The notes beneath the pieces are model-generated. The model saw only the letters and a list, made by a program, of their open reading frames with translations, made no database searches and was not told where the DNA came from. This document shows positions 17,020-30,905 of a DNA stretch of 64,000 nucleotides, one piece after another. The translations under genes and the position numbers were made by a program. How positions within the stretch are numbered: position 1 is the stretch's first letter; each line of letters starts with the position of its first letter. The DNA is taken from the NCBI GenBank assembly GCA_010909165.1, contig VJWM01000117.1, positions 868,001 through 932,000 on the forward strand, given 5' to 3'. Origin of the DNA: Anthoceros angustus. Lineage: Eukaryota; Plantae; Anthocerotophyta.

Positions 17020-17956
17020 GAGAGTTTCTTGTCCCGATAGCATTTGGGCCTGTAAGAAGTATGCATCTATCTGGTGTTTTGCCTATATGTAAAACAAGAA
17101 AAGTTTTCTTTTGCTTTTGCACTTTTCGTAGAAAGAAAACAAATTATGCCCACCTTCCTCCCATGTCCATCTCACATTTTTTTTCTTTTCGATCTTCTTT
17201 TTTCGGCTACTAGGGTTTAGGAAGCTTGAGCTTTTATTGAAAAGCAGCCTCCGTGTCTTACGAGAATGTTCGCATTTCTAGGGCTAGAGTTTGGAAGAAC
17301 TAATCTTGATGATCTACTTTGTGTTGTTAGGTGAGCGGAGTTCAGCATCTTCTAGGAGCTTCAAGTGTCTTCGTAGAGAGGATGCTCAATGCCATGCATT
17401 AATTTGTCCCGGTCCTAAGTTTGAAGTGAAGAGTAGACGTTATTAATAGGCGAGATGGGGAATTCCATCTACCCCTGAAGACCGAGGAGGAACAAACCAA
17501 AAAGGGCTAATAGTAAAAGGGGAAGTCCTAGTCCCCTCGAGTGCCTTTGTCATAACTAAAGGGTAGGGGCCGCGAGAACGCGAGCCCCCGCTGTCACAAA
17601 TTATGACGTCTATTCTACCCATAGGTAGATAGTGAGGCCACCCCGGTCGGAGTGCAATGACGAGGGTGACTTCAGGTCATCGGCCTTCTTGATCACCAAT
17701 AGGCCTCGCCACTGGATCAAGAAGTGAAATCCTAAACCTAAGTTTAGAGTGAAATCCTAAACCTAAGTTTGAAGAGAATAATTCAAAAACTGTTTCATAC
17801 GAGAATCTGAGCCCAAGAGACGGAAGCGCATTGAGTTGTCATGCTACTAGGATGCACACATAAAAAAACTCAAAAATGTTATGTTCGTTGCAAAAAATGA
17901 ACGAGTTATAAAAAAAATAACAAAATTTTGTAACCATGGATCCACTCCATCTCTTC

Positions 17957-18439
17957 TGTTGCACGAGGTAAGCACTTGCATTCATATAAAATACTTCCTC
18001 AACAAGCAACCAAGCAAAACAAATCTAATATACAAATATAGGTGCAAACCAATAACAATAGGGGAGAGTAGCTTGCATGTCGTGACACAAACACACTCTC
18101 CCCACAAGAACAATATGCAAATTGCTCATACTCGCTCTCAGAGTCATAGCTTTGGCCTCCTCACAACACTCTTGTATTGCATATCTAGATATGCTACGAT
18201 CAAAGCTCTTGTGCATTTTTGTGTTTTCGATACATGTCAGTTGGGAGCAACAAGTTTTATATGAAGCCCGAAAATGGTCACTGGGATCAAGGTTTATATG
18301 AAGCCCGAAAAAAGTCACTAGCATCCTCTGTTAAAGGATCTATAGATATATTTACCCTTGGCATCGACATATATTCCTAAGATATCTTATTCGCATCAGC
18401 ATATACCAAAAATATCCTAAAAATATACTATAATATGCA
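17957..18439. mobile_element. Solo-LTR-like repeat (TG...CA, flanked by CTTC); related copy at 62538-62904
   Basis: Similarity to the 62.5 kb copy starts at tgttgca and ends at tataatatgca. CTTC sits on both sides of this copy. Confidence 0.55.
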
Positions 18440-18709
18440 CTTCAATTACAGTCCAATAAGTAGCATGATTGGAGTCCAATAAGTAGCATGATTGTACTGT
18501 CACTCCAAGTGCTAAGTGTTTGTCATTTAGTTTCTCACTCTTGTACCAGGGCATAGTCCGTGAAAGGACTGACCAGTGCCCCGTCTTATCTCTTTCTGGA
18601 TAAATATTTAAGAGTACACTACTCAATGTGATCACATGCATAGTAGGGTTGCTGAAGCAAACTTGTCCTCCATCCCAGTTCGACCGCGTCGTCCTGTGAG
18701 TCTTGGACC

Positions 18710-20972
<2,263 letters not shown>

Positions 20973-21339
20973 GCTTCTCCCTCGCGTCTGCCTACCGAGA
21001 TGGATCTCAAGTCTCAAGGTACAGCACTCTGATCCTCAGCAACATCAGGCGATGTATTAGGGGCTCCACGTATGTGAGCACCAGAGGTCACGAGGTAAAG
21101 CGTGTTTTCTCACAATCCGCTGTCTATGCGCAATAGCACTAACAGCCTGTGTCACCTAAGCGCCTTTCCCCCCCCTCCCCACGAGGGCGCATTTTTTTAA
21201 GCTGTTTTGAAGCCGGATCATCAGCTGCGGCTGTCTCTGGTTGTACACAAGTTTGGTAATGGTAACTGGCCAGTTTATGGAATTCTCCAAGAGGTGTAGC
21301 CTTGGCCGTGTTTTTTTCCTGGTTTGTTTTCTAAGATAG

Positions 21340-21908
21340 TGGTAAGCTGTGCCTTCAAACATAGATGATGCCCGAATCGAGGGCAGTATCACAATCCTGG
21401 CAAGGCACTGGGCGCAGTCCCTTACAAGCTTTGCAAATCAAGAGGTCGTCGGCAGGACTGGGATGCATCATCTCGCTCTCCTGCAACCATCCCTTGCTCC
21501 ATCTCTCCCGGTCCTGTCGGGGGCAACAGAGCAAAAGCAGGTTGGGGTACCAGAGCAAAGCAGGGCGGGTGATCAGAGCAAAGCAGGGTGGGTGACCATG
21601 ACGGATGTTACAGCAAGTTGCACTCAATGGCGATCCATCCACACACCTTCGAGTTCCTAGAATTTCACCCAGAATTTCTGATGGCCCTCGAGGGAACTCG
21701 AATTTGACCCAGAATTTCTGATGGCCTCGAGGCACAGAATCGAGGGACAGAGCTGGTTCCTGGACCTGTCCCTCTACTCGCAGGTTGCAACCATCATGAG
21801 GAACTAGCCCTGTCCCTCTGTTCTGCCCCTGCCTGGAGGGCATGTGAATCAGCCCTGTTTCTCGGTGCTACGCCTCGAGGCCATCAGAAAGTGGCGTCAC
21901 CCGAAGGT
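21340..21908 (-). pseudogene. Decayed, truncated copy of the DnaJ-Zn/DUF2389 gene
   Basis: Homologous to ~6000-6379 (DRERWSKGW..ICKACKGLRPVPCQDC). It has an internal duplication at ~21660-21730 and is cut at 21908. Confidence 0.8.
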
Positions 21909-22389
21909 GGGGGCTCAAGAGGTTCATGTTTTTTGCACCTGCCTATGTCTATGCGGGAGGAGGATGTGGGAGGAGGATGGCATTAAGGATGGGATTCAAT
22001 ATGTGATTGACGATACGGGAGGGCGCTATTGAGGATGCGGAATTGGTCAAATTGATAGCCAAAATTTACGTCTTCTGGTTTCCTACCCAAAATATGAGGA
22101 TCATCATCGGATATGGTTTCATGCGGATGAAAACTTGAAGTGGAGCTTTGAGGTGTTTTAAGAGTGGTTGCGGCCAAGCCCTTTGCACCTTTTTACTCGT
22201 CTTTCTGCCCTCACGTTTGTATGCATCTTTCTCTCTTTTCTCCTTTCCTTTATGGGAGCTCTCACATCAGTTTGTAGAGATATTCAGGGTTGTGGTGGGC
22301 GTGGGTTCGGCATCCTCTGGATGCGGCGGTGTTGGGATCCGTCCGCGCAGGCCAAGGGCATCAGGTTACGGGCTTGACTTGACACCATC

Positions 22390-22775
22390 CATGAACAACC
22401 CCATAAGCCCTATCATCTGTCCGGAAGTTCCGCCACCAGCCTCCAGTCTCCACCATGATTATCCGTAGCCACACCTGTGGGCCTTGCGGTGCTGCAAAGC
22501 GGTTTTGGAAGGCAGGCGGCTTGCGAGGGTCTGAGCCAGCTTGTTGCATCCAGTGGCAGCCTAGAAGTGCTTTGAATAATGAACATTTTTCATCCACCTC
22601 TGGACATTCATCTTTTTAGTTGTTCAAGGTTCTGACTCTTGAACATGTTCCAGAATTCATGAACAACAGCAGGCCCCTGGTTGGTAAAGGGAGGGATGCT
22701 CCGGTCTGAGCATGCATGAATGGCCAGGAATGACGAATGACATCCTGCCCTGCTCCATGAGTAATGGCTAATCCA
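22390..22775 (+). pseudogene. TRN1-like: Collapsed TRN1-like remnant (short LRR piece joined to 3' flank)
   Basis: 22500-22555 matches 26071-26125 (ggttttggaaggcaggcggcttgcgagg..gccagcttgttgcatccagt). 22610-22770 matches the post-gene segments at 4230-4385 and 30130-30282. Confidence 0.6.
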
Positions 22776-22819
22776 GGGCTTCGCAGGTTGCTGCTTTCAG
22801 CAGCAGCGGGGGGGGCTGA

Positions 22820-24140
22820 ATGGAAAGCCTGATTGGCCTCATGTGCCCTCTGTTGTGGTGGTGGGAGGCCAGGTCAATGGACTGACTCCCTTATTGGGGC
22901 AGCTTGACCTCACGTGATGCCTCTTTGTTTGCTGGTTTCCAGCTTGGTGCGCGTCTGGAAATCTGGTTCCTCTGACTGTTTAACCTCGCAACAGAGTTCT
23001 GGAAAGTCGTCTGTGCTGGAGAGCATCGTGGGAAGGGATTTCTTGCCTCGGATCAGATTAGATGCAGATTGGATCTAAAATGCATCTTTTCATGCTGTCG
23101 TTTTTCTTGAAGCCCCAGCTGGATTCAGCATTAGGATGGTGATAGATGTTCAATTCACCTCGGTTTAGGATCGCGGCAAGAAGTGGGCCGGGTAAAGCAG
23201 ATGTATTGCAAATGGCTTCCAACATGATCAGTGCGACGATGATTTGTAGGGATTGTAGGGATTTGTAGGGATTTGTAGGGATTTGTAGGGATTTGTACAG
23301 CTGCACAAGACGGACGATGGTTCCGAATTATATGGCGAATCTGTCCATGGCGCCGAAGAGAAGGTTTACGGATTATGGTCATGTTGTGTACTTGCTTTTG
23401 ATGTGGAGGTCCTCGGGATCTTGCTTGTTGTGCTTTGTGAGGGGACCCATGTTTCACTCTTTCTTCTTAGGTTTAGGGTTCTTTCACTCCTTTTTGCAAG
23501 TGTGGACGGTGAATGTCGAGAAACTTACATATTCTGCTTAGGTCTTTCCATGATTATAGTCGACTTTTGCAAGTTTCGACCTGACGAGTATGTGGTTGCA
23601 GCTGCTATTAGGAAAGAGATATTTGATGAGACCGACAGAGTCACTGGGCGCAGCAAGCAGATCCCTCCCGTTCCGATTCAACTGAGCATATATTCTCCTC
23701 ATGGTATGTCTACCCAGAAGATTTACATCTCAAATTTGAGGGATTTACTTGTGGCCCTACGGTCAAATGAACGATGAAATCAGATTGTGAAACAAGTCGA
23801 CAGTATCTTTCACCCTCATGATCATATGCACGTGCTAGTAGTCAAGACGATCTGTATGCAAGGTTTGAAGTTTGTCAGGATGAGGCATAACAGGTTGCCA
23901 CTCTATGATGTGATGCAGTGGTAAACTTGACTCTCATTGATCTTCAAAAGTTGGTGTTGGTAAGTGCTCCTTATGCCTATGACCATGCCTGTAGAGGATG
24001 AGCCAGGGGAAAGTGGTAAATTAGAGCTAATTTCGGATGAGCCAGGGGAAAGTGGTAAATTAGAGCTAATTAATTTTTCTGTGTCACCTGCAGAGGGACA
24101 GCCCGACAGCAATATGGTTCGGTCATACGTCGAGAAGGTA
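22820..24140 (+). pseudogene. DRP1: Dynamin-related protein DRP1 pseudogene (5' exons only)
   Basis: Exons MESLIGL..PSVVVVGGQ / SSGKSSVLESIVGRDFLPR / AAIRKEIFDETDRVTGRSKQIPPVPIQLSIYSPH / VVNLTLIDL / EGQPDS..NMVRSYVEK. Several exons carry internal deletions. Confidence 0.85.
23242..23297 (+). repeat. 10 bp tandem repeat (ATTTGTAGGG)n, five GGG tracts
   Basis: Seen directly; about 5.5 units. Confidence 0.95.
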
Positions 24141-24252
24141 CTTTCCCGATCCTTGATGCCTTAATGCGATCATGCGCTCGTCTGGACTCCACAGGCTCCG
24201 CAGCGCTGCTCCAGCTGCTTGCAGGCAGTCTGTTAAGTACCCTGGTGAGCAT

Positions 24253-24425
24253 CGTCCAGATTGTCACACTTCCGACGCATGGCCACCAGACAGGAGCCGA
24301 TAAAACTAATCATCATTCTCGGATATAGTTAGGAACCATTGATGTCAAGGACGTCCAGATTGTCACACTTCCGACGCATGGCCACCAGACAGGAGCCGAT
24401 AAACTAATCGTCCTTCTCGGATATA
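24253..24425. repeat. 99 bp tandem duplication, second copy interrupted by a transposon
   Basis: cgtccagattgtcacacttccgacgcatgg... at 24253 and 24352. The second copy resumes at 25146 (gttaggaaccattgatgtcaaggacgtcca). Confidence 0.9.
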
Positions 24426-25143
24426 CAGTCAGACCCCTCTAATTGGGAACAATTGGGAGTAGCAAAAATCGTCCCATTTAGAGGGGTTCCCATTTAGGCA
24501 TTTTCATCTTTTTTTGAAAATAAAAATATTTAAAAAATCAAAAATCCTTTAAATCAAAAATTCGAAAGAGCTTAAAAGCTTCCAAAAATCAAAAATCCAA
24601 AAATCCAAAAATCCAAAAATCCAAAAATCCAAAATGCTCCTCATACTACATAGCTGCCAACCTAATTCTAGTTTGCTAGGTTAAAATAATCATCAATTCT
24701 GATTGATGCTGAGTTGCTTTCATCCAATGACTAGCAATATGTTTTCCAACTGAGAATGCAACTTCAAAGCATCAAGAGTGTTATGTGGCATCTCTTCCAA
24801 AACATCTTCGCTATCCTCATAGCATATCTACAGATCCTTTGTCGACGCGGTCTTGGCGCTATGGTCTCCAGCGTTGTATCATTCTCTCACCCTCCTCATT
24901 GTGCGGAGGAATTAATGCTTGCCATATTTCATCCTCAGACGAATATACGTAATCTCGATAAGACGATTTCCTCAATTTTTCTATTTTTTTTTAAAAAAAT
25001 TCTTTTACAGAGATGTACTTGCATTGAATGTTTGGAAGACATGTTCCCATTTACAAATTAGAGGGTTCCCATTTAGCATAGCACATTCAAGGAGTAAGCT
25101 CCGTTTAAAGGGGTTCCTTTTAGGGGTCCCAATTAGATTTGTT
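24426..25143. mobile_element. Tc1/mariner-like non-autonomous element with TA TSD
   Basis: Inserted at TA (24424-25 and 25144-45). Left end is CAGTCAGACCCCTCTAATTGGGA; the right end has the inverted TCCCAATTAGA but a degraded terminus. An internal (AAAAATCC)n tract lies at ~24590-24635. Confidence 0.6.
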
Positions 25144-25748
25144 TAGTTAGGAACCATTGATGTCAAGGACGTCCATATTCAGCAACAACAACAGCACCAG
25201 CTTTGTGCATGTCCACTGGAAACCTACTGCGAAGGGTCCATCCGAACTGAGTTTGGGAGAAAACAGTAGTCATACCCTGCCATTCACTTGTGGAGAAACA
25301 GCATGGGTTATATTCGCAATATCATTGCACTTCCCTTCCCCATACGCCGACTTTGGAGAGCGTGTGATTGGTTTTCTTTCACAGGCTGCCAGACCCTGAT
25401 GAGCTTAGATTCATGAAAGATCATGTTATCGAAAATTGCAAGTAAAGGGTTTCTAGGCTGGATCCAGTTTCCATGGACACCCAACCCAACCAGCCCATCA
25501 TTCATCACAGGACCGTGCACGGAGCCGTTCCGTTCCGTTCCGGTGTCCTGACCCGGACAAATTACCATAAATGCTTCATTTACTTATTTTAGCATGTTTA
25601 AGTTTGGGCTGTTTCGCCGTTCATGTGGGAAGTTTCGCTGCGTGGGGCCTGCCTGCCAGGGCTGAAGGCCGCGGGATGTGGTGTGGCCTGGAGGAGCACC
25701 TGGCTGGCCCTCATTCCATTCTAGCACTTCCATAGCACAGAGCAGAGC

Positions 25749-28700
25749 ATGGCGGAAGAGCATGAGGCGGAGGATTGGCGCGCGCTGCCGGTTCAGCTGC
25801 AGCAGCTGCTAGATCTGGGCCGGAATGCCGTGTCCCATACCCGATGTGCATAATGATGAAGAGTATGGCGGCTACTTCACTGATCGAATCCGTGGTGATG
25901 AGGGAAGGCACTGGCGAGTGCGCAAGCGGTGTTGACAGCCATTGCCAACTGCCGCAGTCTCGAGAAAATATTCATTGGTGGGCCATCGGCTTGGATCGGG
26001 AGGATGAAGTGTCGGTTCTGTTGGGGGCCTGGCGTCCAACCTTCCTAAACTTCTGGATCTGGGCTGTGAAGGTTTTGGAAGGCAGGCGGCTTGCGAGGCT
26101 CTGGGCCAGCTTGTTGCATCCAGTCACAGCTTACGAGGACTTTCAGTATCCAGAGTTGGGCTTGATGCCGCGGGACTGGGTGCCCTGGCCAAAGGCTTCA
26201 ACAAGGATTCTGTCCTGGAGAAATTGTACTTAAGAGGGAACGAGGTGGGAGGTGCTGAAGGGGCACAGCTCCTGGCCCGCATTCTGGCCACGGCTCCCCA
26301 TCTCAAGGATCTGGCACTGGAAGGCATCGGCATGGATGTGGCGGGAGCCCAGTGTATTGGAAATGCTCTTCCGCTCTGTGCCACGCTCCGGTATCTGGAG
26401 TTGGATGATGGCGTTGCATTGCGGGTCCCATTCCGGCGGCCTCGGGCCCATGGGCACTGTGCTCAAACTTGCTTTCACCCGCGCGGATGAGGATGAGAAT
26501 GCCTCCATCTCTGGCGTCACAGCTTTATTTGGATATCTCGAAGGATGGGGAGGCAGGCCTGGCAGACGCCCTGGCCGGAATGCTGCGCACCAACGATCGT
26601 ATCGAGAGCTTGACACCACTCCATATGCTCTCATCCACGGCCTGGACGGGTTACGCCACAACTCCACCATATCTGAACTTCGTCTCCGGGACTCAGTACG
26701 CCATCAGCTGCGACGGATGTGTGGATGCGCCTTGTCCAGTTGCTCCCGGAATGCAAAGCACTGCGTGTCCTGGACTTGGGTCTCAAGGGCCACGCCTCGT
26801 TCAAGAAAGAGTTGCTGAGATCCTTGGAGGGCAACGCATCTCTGAAAAGCTCGACATTTCTGGGACGCCCTGGATCATGACATGTTTAGAGACTTGATGA
26901 ACTGTATTCAAGTCAACAAGACGTTACGGAGATCAACATCCAGGGGACAACATGGGAAGCGGAAGGAAAGGACGCAATCATCAATGCAGCCTTGGCAGGC
27001 AATGCCACTCAAGAGGCTTACTGGCCTTTGCTCGTGGGCAAGGGCCTGTGATGCCCAAGGCTGGGCGCCTCTTCCTGTGCGGTGCCCCTTTGGCAGGAAG
27101 ACCACTCTCCGCACCACCATGATTCGCGCATGGAGACGACACACAGCCGCATCACCCGAGTTCCAGCTCAGCCAAGTTCTAGCTCGACTGAAGGGAAAAA
27201 TATTTCGTGCTTGGCGACGGATGGCTTCCGTCACCGGTACCAGAACGGAAGGCATAGAAATCGAGGTGTTGCGCAACGACCATGATATGCAAGTTACCAT
27301 GTGGGATCTGGCTGGACAAGCTCACTACCGAGCTCTGCAAGACTACCTTTTCCGACCTTCAACCAAGCATGTATCTTCCTGTTTGCGTTCAGCCCATTTG
27401 ATGATCGGAAACCTCCCCAACTGCATCCGTCTAATGTCCTGCAGGACAGGTTCAGAAGGAGCTTGGCGTACTGGCTTAGGTTCATCAACTCCAATTGTCG
27501 CAACGTGGGCTCTACTTTGCCTCAAATATTTGTGGTGGCAACTCATGTGGATAAGATGAAGCGTTCTGATGCTGAAGCATTACCAATCTCCTTCAACCCG
27601 TTCTGACAGAGTTGGCCACCGAGTTTGAACAGGTTGTTCACGTGGAAACAAAACACTCTTCTCCATGGACGCTCGATCTGCCAAGAGTGTGAAGCCCTTG
27701 CTGGACGCACTCATGGAATCGTTTCGAGCTCTATTTGCAACAAACTGTTTTGGGTACCTGAGGTATGCAACCGATTGAGTGCTGATTTGACTGCCTGGGT
27801 ATCCCAACATCCAGCTCAACCGATGGTGAGGAAACAGCAACTTCAAACTTTGTTCCAAAACGAGCTGAAGAGTCTCACGAAGGTGGGGTTCAAGATGAGG
27901 GGAACGATTGGGAGCCATTCTTGCCTATTTGCATGATGTGGGTAGTATCATCTGTTTTCAAGATACAGATGTTGTGGTGATAAATCCACACTGGATGAGT
28001 CACAATTTTTAGGGCGACTCATTCACCTTCTAACCAGCATGTCTCCGTCTACTAGTAGGTTTGTCGTATTCCTCAGATGGATTTGTTGCTCAAAGTCTGC
28101 TTCATTCCACCTTGGATGAGATTCTCAGAGGCACACAAGCGGAGGGATTGAAAGGCAACATCTGGTATCATTGATGACCACTCTCAACTTATGCTATGAA
28201 GAGGATGGGACTCGACGTGTCGGATTCTTTGTTCCCTTCACCATGGCCGCCGGTAATGGTGACGCTGATTCCTGGGAGACGACAGTTGAACTGGGAAACT
28301 GCTGATACAGCAAGCAATTACATCTACCTCGGAAGGAGGTTACAGTGCCTTGACAAGACGAAGACGTTTCTTGGTCCAGGCTTTTTCCTAGATTCCAAGT
28401 ACGATAACTACCAACATGTCTTTGTGTCGATGGTGTGTGTCTTCAACCTGTTTACTGACATTGTGGAGGTTTGCGTATTGCAGGTCTGCCTTCGAAAGGA
28501 TTTGTTCGGATTCCATGGCATGCAACCTCATCAATATCGTATTGAACGCAACCTCATCAAGTTTTGGTGTGATGGTATGGATGTGTTTTGGAAAGCAGTG
28601 GGGATATCGGAGAGGACACCGGAGACATCGGTGACCATATCGATATTCTGGTGAGGTCATCCAAGAGCAAAGATGAAACTATCGAGTTTCTCAAGGAACA

Positions 28701-29972
28701 TGTGATTGCAAAGTTGAAATCTTTTGTGCTTCCCTGAAGGCAGTCCGGGAGTCGAGCTTGTGGAAGGAATTATCAGGACCGAGTGTGTCGAAAACCTCAC
28801 ACTCTGTATCTACCGGCATAATCAGTCAGTGCTAACGCAGGATTTGCTCAAGCGTGTTTTCAGACCAACAAGTGTACAGGGAGATTTTCTCCTCAATGGA
28901 TCTGGCCGACTTCAAATGGTGGTGGCCAGAATGTCCTGAAGCCTTTTGAGGAATGCCTTTGAGCGAGCTAAAGAGCTCTTAAGTGCTGGTGAACTCTTGG
29001 ATGTCTTGCAAAGGCGACGAACAGGTCTCCTTCAAACCATATCCAACATAGATGCAGCTGTAGAGGAAGTCCTGCCTACAGAGAAAGGGGTGCTCGCACA
29101 ACAAGACGCACCAGTTCAAACGTCTCGGTCTGCCAGCGTCCGACGTACTATATCCCTCCCTGGAACAACTCACTCGGAGATGGGGAGCAACTGCAAACCA
29201 TCATTCAAGGGATAAGAGATTTGAAGCACCGTGGAGACAGAGGTGAAAGCAGTGTCAAAGTGGATAGAATTGGCGAGACTTTGCAACTTATCCAACATGA
29301 GATGAGCGCTATCAAGACTGGGCAGGAAGCTACTCAACAATTTTGCTTTCTAAGATGGATGAGATTATGAATTTCTCTGCAAAATTAGAAAGCAGTCAGA
29401 TACCCAGACGTCCCTACATCACCACTGCAGACGTGGGTGTAGTACAGAGATTGATTGCAGGGGTGCGTGTGGGCAAAGCGGCTAAGCTGCACTTCATGTG
29501 CGAAAATATCTTTGGGAATCACATCGTGGAGGGCCAAACTGGATTCGACTTGACATTGGAGGATGCGAAGTGGAAGTGGATCAGGCCCCTAGCAATCAGA
29601 GGTATCAAGGTTTTGGTTTTCCTAGTGAAAGCTGGCCTACATGTGGCTGCCGGCATTGGGAATGCGGTTCCCGACCCCTTCACCAGCTTGGATGGAGCGG
29701 TGTATCTCACTGCGGCCTCTCTGGACGCAGACCTGTCCAGGGTAGATCTCAACCTGACAGGTCCATCGGCGGACCAGGACATTCCCGTGGAGGAGGCATG
29801 GATTACCCTGAGGGATCTGGTCAAGCCGTTGGTAAAGGATCACATCGGCGAAATATTCCAACTGCATAAGGTGCAATTTCGGAAAAGGCCTGAGGGAGGA
29901 GAAGGAGTGGCATGGGTTTGCCCAACGTGTATGCAGAGGGGAATTGGCAGACGTGTTTATCGGAAACTCTGA
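25749..29972 (+). CDS. TRN1-like: TORNADO1-like LRR-Roc GTPase-COR (ROCO) protein, near full length, many frameshifts (pseudogene or consensus errors)
   Basis: RI-like LRRs (LEKLYLRGNEVGGAEGAQLLARIL, LKDLALEGIGMDVAGAQCIGNAL), Roc G1 GAPLAG(K)TTL, G2 RTEGIEI, G3 MWDLAGQ, VVATHVD, COR, and the TRN1-type C-terminus KLHFMCE..AAGIGNAVPD..VAWVCPTC. Confidence 0.85.
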
Positions 29973-30430
29973 TGGGAGCTACTCAAACGACGTGTGTTGC
30001 AGCATCACCAAGGGATTCGGTACTGACTGGAGGAGCGATCTGCACCACGTGATTGGGTAGTGGTATAAGGATGTGTAGCCAATGGTGCTTTGTTTCACAT
30101 CAGTCTTTGCTGAAGGCCACCTCTGAATTCATCTTTTGAGTTGTTCAATATTGTGACTCTTGAACATGTTCCAGAATTCATGAACAACAGCAGGCCCCTG
30201 GTTGGTAAAGGGAGCGATGCTCCGGTCTGAGCATGCATGAATGGCCAGGAATGACACCTGCCCTGCTCCATGAGTAATGGCTATTTCAAACTTCCATCTG
30301 TGCATCAGTATCTTGTAACAACGGCCAAGCCGGGGACAAGCAAGAGGCCTGCAGCTGGCTGCAAGAGCTTGCTTAACTGATCACAGCAGTTCCATTCAGC
30401 TCCCCATGAAATGGAGGCTGGCATATTTGG

Positions 30431-30905
30431 GTCCCCAGGTCCCCAGCGGGGTCCCCGGCAGACCACCGGGCGGACCAGCGGGGTCCGGCGGGTACCCGGT
30501 GGTCCGCCGGGGACCCTGGTCCGCCCGGTGGTCCGCCGGGGACCCGGACCCCGGGTCCCCGGTGGTCCGGCGGACCGTGGCCGCCGATGGTCGACCACCT
30601 TTCTCCTTCCGCCGGGCGGACCACGGTGGGCCCCACCTTCTTCCGCCGGGTGGCCACGGTGGGCCCCACCTCCTTCCGCCGGCGGCTACGGTGGGCCCCT
30701 TCATCTTCCGCCCGCCGGCCACGGTGGTCCTTTCTTCCTCCGCCTGGCGGTCCGTCCGCTGTCCGATGGTCCGGCCGAGCTCCATCCACTTGTCCGACGG
30801 TCCGACGGAGCTCCGTCCAGTTGTCCGACGGCCCGGCGGGGCTCCGTCCAGTTGTCCGACGATCCGGCGGAGCTCCGTCCGACTATCCGACGGAGGGCCG
30901 TCTGC
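30431..30905. repeat. Very GC-rich GGWCC-motif repeat block with two families of ~28-33 bp subrepeats
   Basis: Dense ggtcc/ggacc motifs, then ccacggtgggccccacc..ttccgccgg about four times and ggagctccgtccagttgtccgacg about four times. Confidence 0.8.

Noticed and set aside
23242-23297. True telomere or interstitial TTTAGGG array
   Set aside because: The unit is 10 bp, not 7 bp, and the tract is only ~56 bp.
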